A DNA stretch of 58,250 nt, counting the filler, from Sphacelaria rigidula (lineage: Eukaryota), in NCBI GenBank assembly GCA_964200075.2. It is 8 parts of 8 records of this genome, joined end to end, with 100 filler letters (N's around TTAATTAATTAA, not from the genome) between each part and the next. Parts side by side here need not be neighbours in the genome. Positions count along the whole stretch, not along the records: positions 7,296 to 14,490 come from CAXNAA020016024.1; positions 14,591 to 21,784 come from CAXNAA020016025.1; positions 21,885 to 29,078 come from CAXNAA020016026.1; 5 more parts are not named here. One strand, given 5' to 3'. A program made the position numbers and the translations under genes. The notes beneath the pieces are model-generated. The model did no database searches. It was not told where the DNA came from and worked only from the letters and a program-made list of their open reading frames with translations. Position 1 is the first letter of the stretch. Each line of letters starts with the position of its first letter. This document shows positions 12,957 to 25,900 of this stretch, in pieces.

Positions 12957-13067
12957 AACGACGAAAGTCGTCATCCGTAGAAATTGGAACGATACAGAAA
13001 AGATTAGCATGGCCCCTGGAGTAAGGGTGACACGCATAAATCGAGAGGTGTATCGAACCTTTAATTT
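12957..13067 (+). ncRNA. U6: U6 spliceosomal snRNA copy, variant and probably a pseudogene
   Basis: 5' hairpin ACGAC-GAAA-GTCGT, then AAATTGGAACGATACAGAAAAGATTAGCATGGCCCCTGGAGTAAGGGTGACACGCATAAATCGAGA. The ACAGAGA box reads ACAGAAA, the internal stem-loop is altered and the oligo-T end is interrupted. Confidence 0.9.
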
Positions 13068-13816
13068 CTGCAACTGCACGTGGTATACCTTTCCATCCTC
13101 CCGCCTCGCGCACCTTGGCCATGGCGGAGTGTTGCGACACGCGTGGTTCGTGCCCCGCTGGTGGTGACGTCATGTGGAGAGCACCCAGGAAGGTAAAGCG
13201 AGCATCCGGGAATGTAAGCGGCGTGAAAATGGGCTGAAGACATGGTGGAGGACCTTTTCCGTCGAAACCACACACGCGATATGCACATACCACGACAGAT
13301 TCCGGCATGAGCCAGGTCATACGGAAGAACGAAAATTAGTCTACTTCGAGGTTAATATAATTACCAATCATTCGTTCTCCAGTTTTTTCTTTCCTCAACA
13401 CTGGATGGATGATCACGGGAAGTAGAGACACAGAGACACCAAAGAAGACAGGCAAAAAGGAAAAGTGACGCCGACCCGTCTACGCTACCGCCGCGTAGTT
13501 GGGGGCACCAACGATCGAGCTGACCCATGCCTTTTGTCCGATTGTCTCCCTATCCCAGGAGGGCTAGTCCGCACTTCCCCCACCCGGTAGCTCGGCGAGC
13601 TCGTCCATCTTCTGTCTTCTGTCTCACATTGGGCTTCCAAACTTCCCTCAATACTACCGACGCGGGCTAGTGCGAGGGCTACGAAAGCTGCTGCTTCGTC
13701 TTAGGTTCTTCTGACCCACATATACCAGCTGATTCAGGGCGAATGGCCAAAATGTATTCTTTTGAGGCCCTTGGCCGAAAAGGGTTCTACTGGACCGAAA
13801 TTCGAGAAGTGTCCTG

Positions 13817-13843
13817 CCCTATCCTATCCTATCCTATCCTATC
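13817..13843. repeat. (CCTAT)n microsatellite
   Basis: Direct reading. Confidence 0.85.
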
Positions 13844-14490
13844 TTGTCCTATCGTATCCGTTCGCTCTCACAACGAAGGTCAAAACCACGAATTTCTTTT
13901 TCTCGAATGGATTCGAAGCTGCGCTGCGCGAAAAAACCATCCCCTCACTCTTCTAACATCAATCGAGATGGCGACAAGAAGTTTCAGCTCCATTGGTGCT
14001 CATGGCGTTGTGTTTCGCTTCTGTCTGTGAGCGGTCTCAAGGACAGCCTGTTCGCAGGATAGCCTGCGGTGGTCAGTAAGATACACCTAGTCAGGGTAAG
14101 GTACAACAGTCTGGTGGTGTACCTGTTTGAGTTCCAGGTACTACGCGGTATGACTTTATATTGTGATGTTCGTGACTGGACATACGTGAGTGGTGCTCGT
14201 CGCATGTTGGGACCTTGATCCCAACAGCGATCACTCCCCTTCCTTCCCTCGTCATCAACAAAGCTTTATATACATTTCTACCTCATGTTGATCGGCAGTC
14301 AGCCGTGTCCATTGATCGACTATCGCAGTCGTGTCCATTGATCGACTATCTGAGTCGAATGTGCACCCCATCCTCTCACGGGGTCACGAAGCTACAAACA
14401 CTCTAGAGCCCCTACCCAACTTGGGAGCTTTGTGGCCAAGGGACCGATGGCGGACTGGAGCACTGCGGAAAGACACTCGGCCGTCGTGGG

Positions 14491-14590
14491 NNNNNNNNNN
14501 NNNNNNNNNNNNNNNNNNNNNNNNNNNNNNNNNNTTAATTAATTAANNNNNNNNNNNNNNNNNNNNNNNNNNNNNNNNNNNNNNNNNNNN
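14491..14590. other. Artificial contig spacer
   Basis: N44-TTAATTAATTAA-N44. Confidence 0.98.
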
Positions 14591-14859
14591 TGCAAGACAG
14601 ATATGCCACTTCAGCCCCATATTTTGTTTGAACCCCAAAATATAAAATCGGCTGTTAATAGATCATGCCGGGGCTCGAACTGCATATATATTATCTTTTG
14701 TTCCGGGAGCGAGCAGTTTACCCATTGGTCTAGTGAGCCGCTCATTAGTTCAATGGGTAAACTGTTTGCTTCCGGAACAAAGACTCCCAATCTTACGAAA
14801 ACACTGTTGTGAGTCTTTGCTTGACATGCATCCGGCACCCTCGGGCGATGCCTGCACCG

Positions 14860-16440
14860 GCTTCATCGCTTCCTTCGCCGCGCGCTATTCTTCGCTTTAT
14901 TACCCAAGTGTGAACTCCGACCACCGCGCCCGTAGCTGAGCGCGTCGGATTTACATTTCTTGCAGACGCTGCGGCGTATCTCGGAAGCGACCGTGGCGTC
15001 GGTTGCGTCAACGAGCCCACGCCTCTCGAGGTGCTTCATGGCAGCCGGGTCGGTGTGTCCGAAGATGTCGTGCCATGGCCTTAACGCCAAGCGCTCCTCC
15101 TTTCTTTGCGAGCGAAACGTGCGTCGACGCCACATTGTTGTCATTCCTCAGTATGGATGCTGACAGGGTCATAAACCCTTTATTTTCGGCTAGGGAGATC
15201 TTCGGTCCATCATTTCTGAACCGAAGGTAGTTCTTCTTTCTACCGGAGTCCACAAATTCTCTTTTTTGTCGCAGAATCGTTCCGGTACTCAGCAGCCGGC
15301 AAGGTTGGGCAGGGACCCAAAGTACGTCGTCTGGTGTGACCTTTGCCGAAGCCTCCTTGCCCTGAACTTCACGTGTCATGGGATATCTCCCATTGCTTGT
15401 GACTGCAGTGTTCCCTTCTTCTCAAACGCAAAGCTTCGACTGACCGCACGCGTGTTTCTGATATTTTCCCCATTGCTTGTGACTGCACTGTCTCCTTCTT
15501 CTCAAACGCAAAGCTTCGATTTACCGCACGCGAACCACAGAGAGTGCGTACCTCTGCATGACAGCCGACGTGAATGTAGTACTTTTCGACATTTGTTGAG
15601 AAATCGCTTGTCTTCGACTACCACGTTCATGGTCATAATTGCTTTCAGCCTACCTTCTCTCCCATTACCTCTGTGTGTTGCTCCGTCTCGAAAGGGATGC
15701 GTGGTCAATGATCAAACGACTAAGGCAAGCAACGAACGAGTATGCCCCGCCCCCCCCTCTCCCATTGCTTCTGTCGTTGTGTGGAGGGGGTGAGAACTTT
15801 CGTGTTAGACTCATCCACGGCGGTCGCTCAGTCTGAGGTTTGCCGTTGAGCTATGATCGGCATTACCGCCATCTGTGACCCCGTTTCAAGCAGTATGCGT
15901 ATTGATTGCCATCGAGCCCCGAGTCGGCATTGTTATCGTAACTTCACAATGGAAATGCATTTGTCGTGGCGCTCCACGTCTTATGTCGGGTATGTGGCTG
16001 AGGCTACGACAACTTGCTTCATCTGATCGTGTGTCATATCTGGCTGCGTCGTTGGTTGAATGAACACCTGAGGGAGCGCCTCCTTGATACAAATTGGAAG
16101 AGATGTGCCCTTCGTCTTCTCTGCTTTGGCTTTTACAAGCGTCTCCAATTCCCTATAGATAGCGTCGAGCTTCACCATAAAATCTGCTAATTATTCTGCA
16201 GAAATTTACTGGAGATCTCGGAGGCTCCCTCATAATGCAGCAATTAGTTCCACAGGCTACTTGCCTTGTGCACGCCCTCCATACACGTGTTTCAGCTCCA
16301 GCCGGGCTTTCCTGCCGTCGGAGTCGTCGCCGCGGTCGCATCGTGCGACGATGGCTGCGCCCGGCCTCCTTGTAGCCTGTAGGATGCAGCCGTGGTCACA
16401 TGATCGTCGTATCCAAGAAAAACGAGACTGAAACACTCGC
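14860..16440 (-). mobile_element. Ty1/Copia retrotransposon remnant (gag to pre-integrase)
   Basis: Gag-like MVKLDAIYRELETL, post-protease motif DDVLWVPAQPCRLLSTG, and pre-integrase WHDIFGHTDPAAMKHLERRGLVD..VCKKCKS. Internal tandem duplication of about 80 bp at about 15389-15452 and 15469-15532. Confidence 0.75.
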
Positions 16441-16493
16441 TGGAAAAAAAAAGGAACAGAAGAAGTCGAACAGAACGATATACTAGACGAAAA

Positions 16494-16930
16494 CACGGGA
16501 TTTTACAAATTGGGGATGGATTTTTGATTGAGGATGAAACACCCGGACAATTAAAATCCTCGTATTCACGCCAAATCTGCGGAATATAGTTTCATTCCTT
16601 CACCTACTGGTAGCTAGTGACAGCCACTACACGCCATACAGATTTGGATCCTGATAACCGACATGTTGGGGTTGTAGGCGAAGAAAAAGTTTTGGGGAAT
16701 TTCGGTGATCTGATGGAATCATCAAAATGCTCCAAAATTATTTCTTCACCGAGGACCCCAGCATGTCCGTTATCAGGATCCAACTTTGTATGGCGTGTAA
16801 TAGTTATCAATAGCTACCAGTAGGTGAAGGAGTGCAACTAGATTTCGAAGATCTGGTGTGGATACGAAGATTTTAATTCTCCGGGTTCTCACCCTTAAAA
16901 AAATCCATCCCCAATCAGTAAAATCTCGTG
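16494..16930. mobile_element. Long foldback MITE (near-complete palindrome of about 440 bp)
   Basis: CACGGGATTTTAC...GTAAAATCTCGTG. Arms match throughout (e.g. TCCTTCACCTACTGGTAGCTA / TAGCTACCAGTAGGTGAAGGA). Possible degenerate 9-bp TSD CTAGACGAA/CAAGACGTA. Confidence 0.85.
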
Positions 16931-19529
16931 TTCCAAGACGTAAAATAAAAGAATAGAAATTCAACAAAAGCAAAGCACAGAAACAATTGGCCAGTCTAAA
17001 ACAAGAAAAAGGAAAGAAAGGAGCAAAAAAAAGAGAAAAAAGGAAAGAAAAAAGACCAAGGGCTTCAGGGCAGCAGAGTAGATACAGACACACACGAGTG
17101 GGCACCGCGGAGCCACCGACTAAGGGCATCATCAACAGCCGATATGAGCAGACAGGATTCTTCGATTGGCGGCCCTCGACGCAGCAGCCTCATACTTGTA
17201 ACGGTGGTCTGATTTATGTTTGTCCGAGCGTCGCCACGTGTCCTCAAACTCTTTCGCTCCCTTTTCGACTCCAATATGCCATTTGCCCATGTTCTCCGCC
17301 GCCGTGACCCAATCGTATGCATCAGTAACCTCTACGCCGTAGACGAACCATTTTCGTCGGGCTCCTCAGTGCGGGTGTGCAGCCCCTAGTGCACATATGT
17401 TCTCCTGGAGGGTATCCTTCCAATGCTTGGCGGGGGCGGCCTCCTTGGGCCCTCGTGTGGTTAACCGACCGTTCATGACGCGCTTAGGAAGACGTGTTTC
17501 CTTCTGCCGGACAAGGGCTCCCGCGAACCAGAGTTGACGTTTGCGGATAGTCGTCTCGATACGTTCGCAATTGGTCATCTCGAGCACCGCTCTGTACGAA
17601 AGAGTCTTGCAGCCACGTCGATCTTTCCTGCGGAATCCCACCGCTCGAGCAAGAGATTGTCATGGGCACTCCGCAGACTTTCGAAGTCTTCAGAACGTAG
17701 CGGCCATGCGGCACATCCATACAACAGGGCTTCCACCACCTCCGCTTCAAGCAGTCGAACTTTTAACGATAGCTCGGCGTTGGGTCGGTCGTAGAATTGG
17801 GAGCTATATTTTCGATATGTGCCCACGCCGCGCTGATACGGCGGTTGATTTTGATTGAAATTCTCGCATCCGCGCTGATAGCTCCACCAAGGTAAATGAA
17901 CTTCCCCGTCTGCTTATACCGTTGACCGGCCGCTTTGATATCCAGGGTCGCCACCGTGGGACTGGGTGCTGACCATAGGCGCATGGACCCTGCTTTGCTC
18001 TCGGAGACCAACAGGCCGAATTCCTGGCAGGTCATCACCATCACGACCATCATTCGAGCTAGGCCTTCTGAGGTCCTCAAGGCTATGCCGACGTCGTCCG
18101 CATAAAGCATTGCCCACACCGCGTGTCGCACCTTTTCCAGCGGTGTCTCTTCCACGGGTCCACCACCGTCAGCTTTTGGTACATCATCTAGAAAGACCAA
18201 GTCTGAGACGATGACCGGGTTCGCTATCGCTGAACGATCACTTCCACCAAGCCTGCTCCGAAGATGTTGGACAACAGCGGGGACGACATGCAACCTTATC
18301 TGAGTCCTTGGCAGACGTGAAACCACGCTGATAGTTCGCCACTATCTAGCTGTACCCCAACTTGCATGCCGTCGTGAAACATACGGATGGTGGTGACCAT
18401 TCGCCACGGGACTCCGAACCGAGCAAGCACTCCCCACAGGAGCGTGCGGTCTACGGATTCGTAGGCTTTCTGCAGGTCGATAAAGCACATGTTTATTGGG
18501 ACGTTGCTTGCCCATCCCAACTCCAGGAGTCGGCGTACTACTAACATCATGTCTGTGGTCGATCTTTGGCGCCTAAATCCACACTGCTCTTCCGGGAAGA
18601 CATTTGTTTCCTCACAAAAATTACCGAGCCTGTTGGCTACGATTTTGAGGAGAACTGTACCAGCATGTGCCACAAGTGAAATGCCTCTGTAGTTACCACA
18701 ATGGGTCCTACCTTGTTTTTTGTGTAGCACTTTGATAATGACATCTTCCCATTCTTGCGGCACCTCGCCAGATGTCTAAACAGCAGAGAAGATGTTGTGG
18801 AAGTGGTACAGAAACAGAAAATTCCGATGCCTCCCCGTTCAGTCCAAGCTTCAGGATTTTAGCAGGAATACCATGCGGACCGGTTGCTTTGTCGCTCGAC
18901 ATAGCTCTCAGAGCCTCCTCAGTTTTACTTGGGCTTGGCAGATCTCGTAGTGACAGCGCTATTGGTCGTTGAACAATCTTCTCGATGACGGTTCGGACGA
19001 TAGCTGCCGATATGACATTCAGCAATGTAGATAAGTATCGTTCCCACCGCCCACTGATAAAACCTTTGTCCCGCAGTAAATTGCCGTCCTCATCTCGAAT
19101 GTACTGCTCACTCTCGATTGGTCGTCCAGATAGTCTCCACCCTACGTTGAGATGTCTGTACCATCCTCTCATGCCCCCCGCTCGAGTGTACTCTTCTAAT
19201 TCTCTAGCATAGACATCTACATATCTGTCCACCCCAACTTAGATCACCTCTTTGACCTTTTCGCATGCTGCTCGCAATGTGCGTCATGCGGATTTATCTC
19301 GAGATGATCCCACTCTCACCGTTGATCTCGCCCTTTTCCTCTCCATCTAGGCCTGTTCGAATTCCGTTCTGGTTCCAGCATCCTCGAACCACCCCGGTAT
19401 TCGTGGCTTGCGGGTCAGACGGGTTACAACCTTTTCAGCTGCACTTGGGAGTACGTCGGCAAAGTTCGTAGCCAGTGAAATAACTGTATCACCAGATATA
19501 CTCTGTTTGAGCTCGCTGATGATGAGCTG

Positions 19530-19864
19530 CACACGCGGCCATTTGGCTACCTCCAAAATTCCTCCAGGTGGGTAAACGTTTCGAGCCTCTAGAGGAATTG
19601 AACGCCTCCAGAGGGGTGCGCGGCCCTCCAGAGGAGGTTTTTTGGTTTCTTTTAGAGGAATTGAACGCCTCCGGAGGCTTATTTTTGCCTCTGGAGGACC
19701 ACGCATACCCCCAAATTCCTCCGGAGGGGTACGCGGCCCCCCGGGTCGGTAGAGTTTGGTTTCCTCCAGAGGGATTGAAGGCCTCCGGAGGCTTGTTTTC
19801 CCCCTGGAGGGCCACGCATCCCTCTGGAGACATTTTGGGGTGTAGCCAAATGGCCGCGCGTGTG
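19530..19864. mobile_element. MITE family A, copy 2, inserted in the LINE
   Basis: Same TIRs as 5844-6173. Flanks GATGAGCTG / GGTGAGCTG form an 8-9 bp TSD with one mismatch. Removal restores LINE text REQLIISELKQ. Confidence 0.9.
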
Positions 19865-20365
19865 GGTGAGCTGCTCACGTCTGTCGGGATCAGATACTAT
19901 TGCCCTTCTGTCGATCGATGTACGCTCAATTGGGATTCGTCTAGGTCTGTTGTGCGCGAAGCGCCCAAAGAGCCGCCGCACTGAGGCGCACACGATGTTG
20001 TGGTCAGAGTTCGGTGAGTTGGTGGGTTGAATGTGGACGGTGATATCGCGAACAAGCCTGCGGTGATCTTGCCGTGTGACGATGTAATCAATGCGTTTCT
20101 TGTCCGCGGAGCGATTCGCAACACCGTTGAACGTACGCGAGGTGCTTCCCTTGGGGGTGGAAAATAACGTGTTGACCAGGAAAATCCTGTTGTCGCTTGA
20201 AAATTGCATGAGATATATGCCGTTACTGTCGTTGGATTGGTCTCGGCCGTATGCTCCTACAAGTTTACGTTCCTCTCTGCCTGTTTGTACTCCAGTCCTC
20301 TCGTTAGCGTCCATGAAAATACACAGGCGATGCTTGTGGGGGATACGGTTCACAATGCCTTTTAA

Positions 20366-20482
20366 CCCTTTGGGAACCCAGTGCTAATTTTGTTTTTGTG
20401 AATCGGCGTCATTTTCAGTCATTTTCGAGTCAAAATCATTCCGGTTTACAAGAACAAATATCAGGACTGGGTTCCCAAAGGG
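20366..20482. mobile_element. piggyBac-like MITE inserted in the LINE endonuclease
   Basis: TTAA|CCCTTTGGGAACCCAGT ... ACTGGGTTCCCAAAGGG|TTAA. Removal restores frame WTELKGIVNR. Confidence 0.9.
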
Positions 20483-21784
20483 TTAACTCAGTCCAGAACA
20501 CATCTCTCTCTTCTCTCGACTGTGGAGTGTCTGTGGGGACATATACAACTACAAATGTAACAACATTTGATTTACCCGCTAGGTTGAAAGTCATCGACAT
20601 GAGGCGTTCGCTGATGAGGGCCTGAGTCCACGTCGCCTTGCTGATGATCAACTCCTTGACCGCCAACCCAACCCCATCTTGACCAGCCGTTCCCTTGCGC
20701 CCCTCTGCCCCGCAGAAAAAAACACGATATCCCGACCCACAAAATTCGGATCGACGTGGTCTCCGCCTTCCCTGTATAGCCCGATGACGTCACATCCGAC
20801 TACCTGGGATTTCTGCAGCACCACCTCAGCATGACCAGCTCCGTTCTTTCCCGTGAGGGACAGGGTATGGACGTTATGGGTAGCCACTTTGAGCTGCCCA
20901 CTGCGCGACCTAGCTTTAGCCTTCCCTATATTCACGCGTCTTTCTTCTTGCTCTGCTCCCCTTTTTGGTCTGTTCCGCCACCTAATTTTTTGGGCGAGCT
21001 TTTTTTTTGCCTGTCCCGATTTCTCTTTGGCACGTCTATCACGGTACTTGCCTTGCTTGTCGGTCTCACAGGGAGGGTGCAGCCTTCCCATCCCGCGTCG
21101 GCCGCTATCTCCAGTTCCCTAAATCTGATACTTTACCCACACGTGCCTCATCTCCATCAACGTGCTTTCCGTGACAGTGTCTCAACGCCGGTAAAAAGCT
21201 GCAGCTGCGGGGTACAATTTGGTTCCCATTCTAGGGTAGAACTCCGAAGCTGCAGCATTGAGTCTGGACGTTAGCACTTTCGGCATGACCCACTACCTAG
21301 ACTGTGTGTTGCATCACCACTGGCACAAAACGCAGGCAAGGCAGTAGGTCATTTTACCCTCCCTAACTCATTGGTTGCGTTGTCGATGGGGTGAGCCTAA
21401 CCCGACACAACCAACCTCAGACGGGTGGCGGTCGGGGAGCATATATACATACCTGTGCCAGGAGGAACGAGGAACCACAAGGACTGTGTATTGCGTTGGT
21501 TTGTTATGTACGTCCTGCGCCGATCCAGTGTCGTCGTCGTTGTTAAAAAGCCGAGTGTGGCGCGTAACCCAGTCTCAGCAGAGGATACAGTGCCTTCCCC
21601 TCTGCGTATCCTGGGACAGCGAGTCTCCATACTTTCCATGTCTCTCGCGAATTTCCACGAGCGCCCGTTCAGATTGGCTGCTTGCGTATAGTCTGTCTCC
21701 ACACTCAACAGTGTTTTCGTGAGATTGAGAGTAGATGATATGATTGAGAGTGAAAAGCGGTCAATCAGTGAATCAATCGTTTCA

Positions 21785-21884
21785 NNNNNNNNNNNNNNNN
21801 NNNNNNNNNNNNNNNNNNNNNNNNNNNNTTAATTAATTAANNNNNNNNNNNNNNNNNNNNNNNNNNNNNNNNNNNNNNNNNNNN
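21785..21884. other. Artificial contig spacer
   Basis: N44-TTAATTAATTAA-N44. Confidence 0.98.
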
Positions 21885-21927
21885 GTGGGTGGGGGTGTGG
21901 TGGGGGTGGGGGTGGAGTTGGGCGTGG

Positions 21928-21979
<52 letters not shown>
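21885..21979. repeat. G-rich tract / poly-G at contig start
   Basis: Direct reading. Length may be a sequencing artefact. Confidence 0.8.
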
Positions 21980-21980
<1 letters not shown>

Positions 21981-21982
<2 letters not shown>

Positions 21983-22950
21983 GAATCTGACTCAAGTCAT
22001 CACGGCTTGTCCGGAATAATAGGGACGAGTCTTACCTGAGCCGTCATGACTAATTCGGAGAAGTGGGGAACGAGTCGGGCTCTCATGTGCATCACGACTT
22101 ATTCAGACGTATGGGGAACGAGTCTCACTGAGGTAAGCACAGCGACTATGATTGAGTCATCGTGACGAATGCGGGATTGTTGGGTAAATGTCTATCTTGG
22201 CTACTGGCTCGACTCGCTGGGGTCGTCGGGTAGAAATAAGTACAACCGAAGAATTCAGTCTCTTCTAGCAGTTTTCGTGACAGGTAGCTGCTATTGGTGA
22301 GTGAATACCAATATTTCATGCTGAATCTGCGATCGAGATTCACTAGTTCATAGCTACATATATCTGCTGTAATGTTCACTGTCGATGCTTGTGTCCTTTC
22401 CCATCTCTACATGCGCACAGTCTCATGTGTACGTCGCACTGCCGAAACTGCAGAAATCGAAGAGAACCTCAAGCGATAAACAATACTTCGAACAACATCG
22501 GAGTGTGGCGAGCCTAGCCGGTTGAATTAGTTCGAATATTCCCCTTCGTACCTCGAGCGTCCGCGGATGCTTACAGCAACTTTTTCTACAGCTCGGTCGG
22601 GGGTTTTCAGCATTAGTAATGTATACATTGCTATACCATATTATTTTCCGACAGCCGGAGCAGGTCTAACTCCAGCCAGCGCCGCCAGTTCTCGAAAATG
22701 GGAACGAGTCTGACACTAGCCATCACGATCAACTGGAGAAAGCAGGGACAAGACTAGCGTGGGTCATCACGACCAAATGGAGAACTGAAGACAGCCAAAT
22801 TCAGGTCAGATAACATTTTGGGGAAAATGGAAGCAAGGCTAACTTGAGCCGTAACAACTATTCGGGAGAAACGAGCCCGAGTTTGGCTCAAGCCATACGA
22901 CCAGCTTAGGAAAACGGCTGACGAGCTGACTCGAGTCACCGCGACTGATT
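21981..22950. repeat. Two blocks of degenerate ~44-bp tandem repeats (about 21981-22165 and 22700-22950)
   Basis: Units resemble GGGAACGAGTCTGACTCRAGYCATCACGACT..TTCGGAGAA. Confidence 0.6.
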
Positions 22951-22991
22951 CAGCAAGTTTCCACGGCTGCTACAACGAATCCGAGTCCCAC

Positions 22992-25900
22992 GGTGAAGAC
23001 TCGAAGTCTTTCGGCGTATGTAAGGTTTTCCGCAGTCCATTCAAAAAACACCAGAACAACCCGACGTGCGTCTACTGACCACGGTTGGTCGAGAGTGACC
23101 CGAGGCGACCAGCTTATTGACTGTCTCCAAGCGCGGGGTATGGCCCCAACCACATGTCTAATGGCACAGCGCTGCGGAAAATATGTCGAGTTTCGTTTCC
23201 CCAAGGCGGTGCTCTAAAGGTGCTGGAAAGCCTCCCGCCAGCACAATAGTCCAGAAAGCAGCTCACCTCAACTTCTCGCGAGATGACGGGGTGCTCCAGG
23301 TGGCCATCACCCTCCTCCCGGAAATCTCTGTTATCGGGACTCAAGGCCTCGCGTTTCGCTTTTCTGGGGTATTGATGTTTCGCACACGGTATTTCACCCA
23401 CACGCGCCCGGTAACGCAACGAACGCAAACCGGAGAACTCTGTTGGGTAAAACTCATAGAGCTATAACTGCGAAGGAGGACAATAGGGGTCCCGGACAGT
23501 CCCACTTCGGGGTACTTCCCGAGGCCCCAGTCGCACCAAAATGAGGCGCATAGACAGTATGATTGCAAGCGGGGCGAAGAGTGCTGTCTTGCGTCCGTCC
23601 TACAGTTTGCCTCTGACCGCTTTCCTGGTGATTTCATTTCCGCCCCCAACTATATTGGATCGTCCACCCAACCACCCACCCACCCGCGGTCTTTCGCCCG
23701 GAAACAGCTCTCCTTATCGCCCACGAGCAAGAGTGATGACACGCTTCCATGCAATGTTGCATAGATTGTGCGACTGCGGTTTGCCCGGCTCACCGTTTGC
23801 TCTTGCTCTTGGCGTTCTTCCGGGAGGATATCGTCTGGCGCCTCTCCATCTCCCCCAACAGGAACAAAGATCGGAAGTGGGTATCGCTACGACGGGTGGC
23901 GGTGGCTCTCGCGAAGGCCCAGTACCTTGAGGGCGGGGCAGCATGTCGACAAAGTTTGAGCGTAAGGCGTGCGTTCAAGGTGCATGAATGAGAGCGGTGC
24001 CCATTTTGCCCAGTCAGGTGAAACCTTCGGCATGGTATCTATCTACAGGTAATGACGTTGAACCGATATCTTAGTCAGTTTGTATTCTGAAGCAACTAGT
24101 TTGTGCTAGAAATGCGAGATGAGCAACGTGCGCGAGTTTTACCGGGTGAACACGACCGTGGTGACTTTCGCGAGCGTGTACAGATCACGAGAGCTGCATC
24201 GAATCGACGGGAAATTGCTGCGTCTGCCGTCGCCGACCGAAGGAAGCCGAACCACAAAGGATCATTGATTGCGTACATCTAGAACAAAGTACCATCCAAA
24301 GGACAGTCTCACCCGGTGCTTATGGAGCCCTGCGCTATAAATTGAGGCGCACACCATCTACTAAGTCGCACACATTTAGTGTTTCAAACGTTGTGGCCCG
24401 TTGGCAGCATTTGCCGGAAGATATTCATCGAAATTAGACTCTCTGCAAGCATCACTTCCCCCCACAACACATGTGGATATGAACGCAGCGAACCACCCCA
24501 CGATGTGTATTTTCGAAGACCTCTTAAACTAGACGAACCTGAGGATCACGAACATGCTCCGAATTTCTCTCTTCTCCACGCGGAGCCGGAGCCACATCCC
24601 TTCCCTTAACCATGATTTAGAAAGAGCCTTCCGTTGCCTCGCGTGCGCAGCCCACCAGACTACTACGCGATGGGCCCTCTCTCGGCGGTGGGTGGCATAC
24701 ATCACGCCCACTTGACGCCTGACGCGAACGTCCGCTTCTGTCAATCGGTTCCACGCCCGAAAGTGCCGGAGAAGGACATACGTAGAAAATGCCTTCTTCA
24801 GAAACTTGGTCTATGCTTACAGGCGGTCACAGTGTCCGTGTGAACATGTGACGCAGGGGTAGTGGGGGGAGGCAGGGGCGTGGTGTGATATTTTTGTGAC
24901 TGTGTGGATCGTTGGCAATGTGGAGGGCATGGCATTGCCTCCGCGAGACTGTGTGGATAGACCCAGGGGGTTCCATCGTCTTCGTGAATCTTTTAGAGAC
25001 TGAGGGCTCGTTTCGATTGTCTCAGCCTCCAACCTACATGTGCGGACGAGCGACGCGCGTTGCCTCTGATGAAAAAATAAGTGCACTTATGCCAGTCATG
25101 CTGAACGTGTGAACATGAAACAACGCTGTGTGTTTCGCACTAGCCACCTCATCAGTTAAACCTCCAAGTATCATGGACTCCCAATAAATATACATTTATT
25201 TCATCCAGGTGTCCACCTGAACGGCATTCGTACTCTACACTTCGCTGCGAGTCCCTGCAGCAGGAACGCTGTCGGTGAAGTATTGCGAGACTCGCAGCAG
25301 CAAGCAAGGCTGGTCCTTACTGTACCCTACTGTACCCTACTGTACCTTACTGTGCCTTACTGTGCCTTACTGTACTACTTACGCACCTTGTCTGCAGAGC
25401 TGATACAATGGTTCGTCCACCGTCTCCACACGTAAAGCGGCCAGAAGGTTCCTCGGAATAGATCTGCATGCCTCCGCGAATTGGCGGCATTCAGCTTCCA
25501 GCGCCGAAACTGCTTACGCGTCCCTCGAAATAGCTGCATCGTCAGGCTGTGCTGCTGTACCCACGCGCGAAACGCTCCGGCCTGGCGCTCTGCGCGCGCG
25601 GCCTCTTCGCGGCGCATCATTTCGCGCAACGCGATAATTTTGGGCGCGAAATGGCGCCGGGGCCGCAGGCCCCGCCATTGCGCTTGGATGCGCTCAGCTG
25701 CGTAGACTCTTAGGGCAAGGACCACCTGGGTCGCCGTGAGACCTTGGAATCCCCGACCGTATTTGGCGCATGCGACGAGCGCGGCTTTTGTTGCGTGAAG
25801 GCATAAATGTGTATCTCCCTGGAGTGTGTGTGTGTGGGTGGGTGGGTGGGTGGGTGTGGGTAAGAGAGAGAGAGAGAGGCGGGGCAAGAGCGAGGGCGTG

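Larger units (their letters stand above)
17330..21752 (-). mobile_element. RTE-clade LINE (APE endonuclease + RT), near full length, decayed, with two nested MITEs
   Basis: APE motifs LKVATHNVHTL, ISERLM, FMDANERTG, IDYIVTR, SDHNIV. RT motifs PQEWEDVIIKVLHKK..NYRGISLVAHAG, EQCGFR, FIDLQKAYESVDR, QGLR, LYADD, FIYLG. C-terminal IRKRQLWFAGALVRQKETRLPKRVM is typical of RTE. Confidence 0.93.

Noticed and set aside
21981..22950. CRISPR-like array
   Set aside because: No invariant repeat with unique spacers, no cas genes, eukaryotic context.
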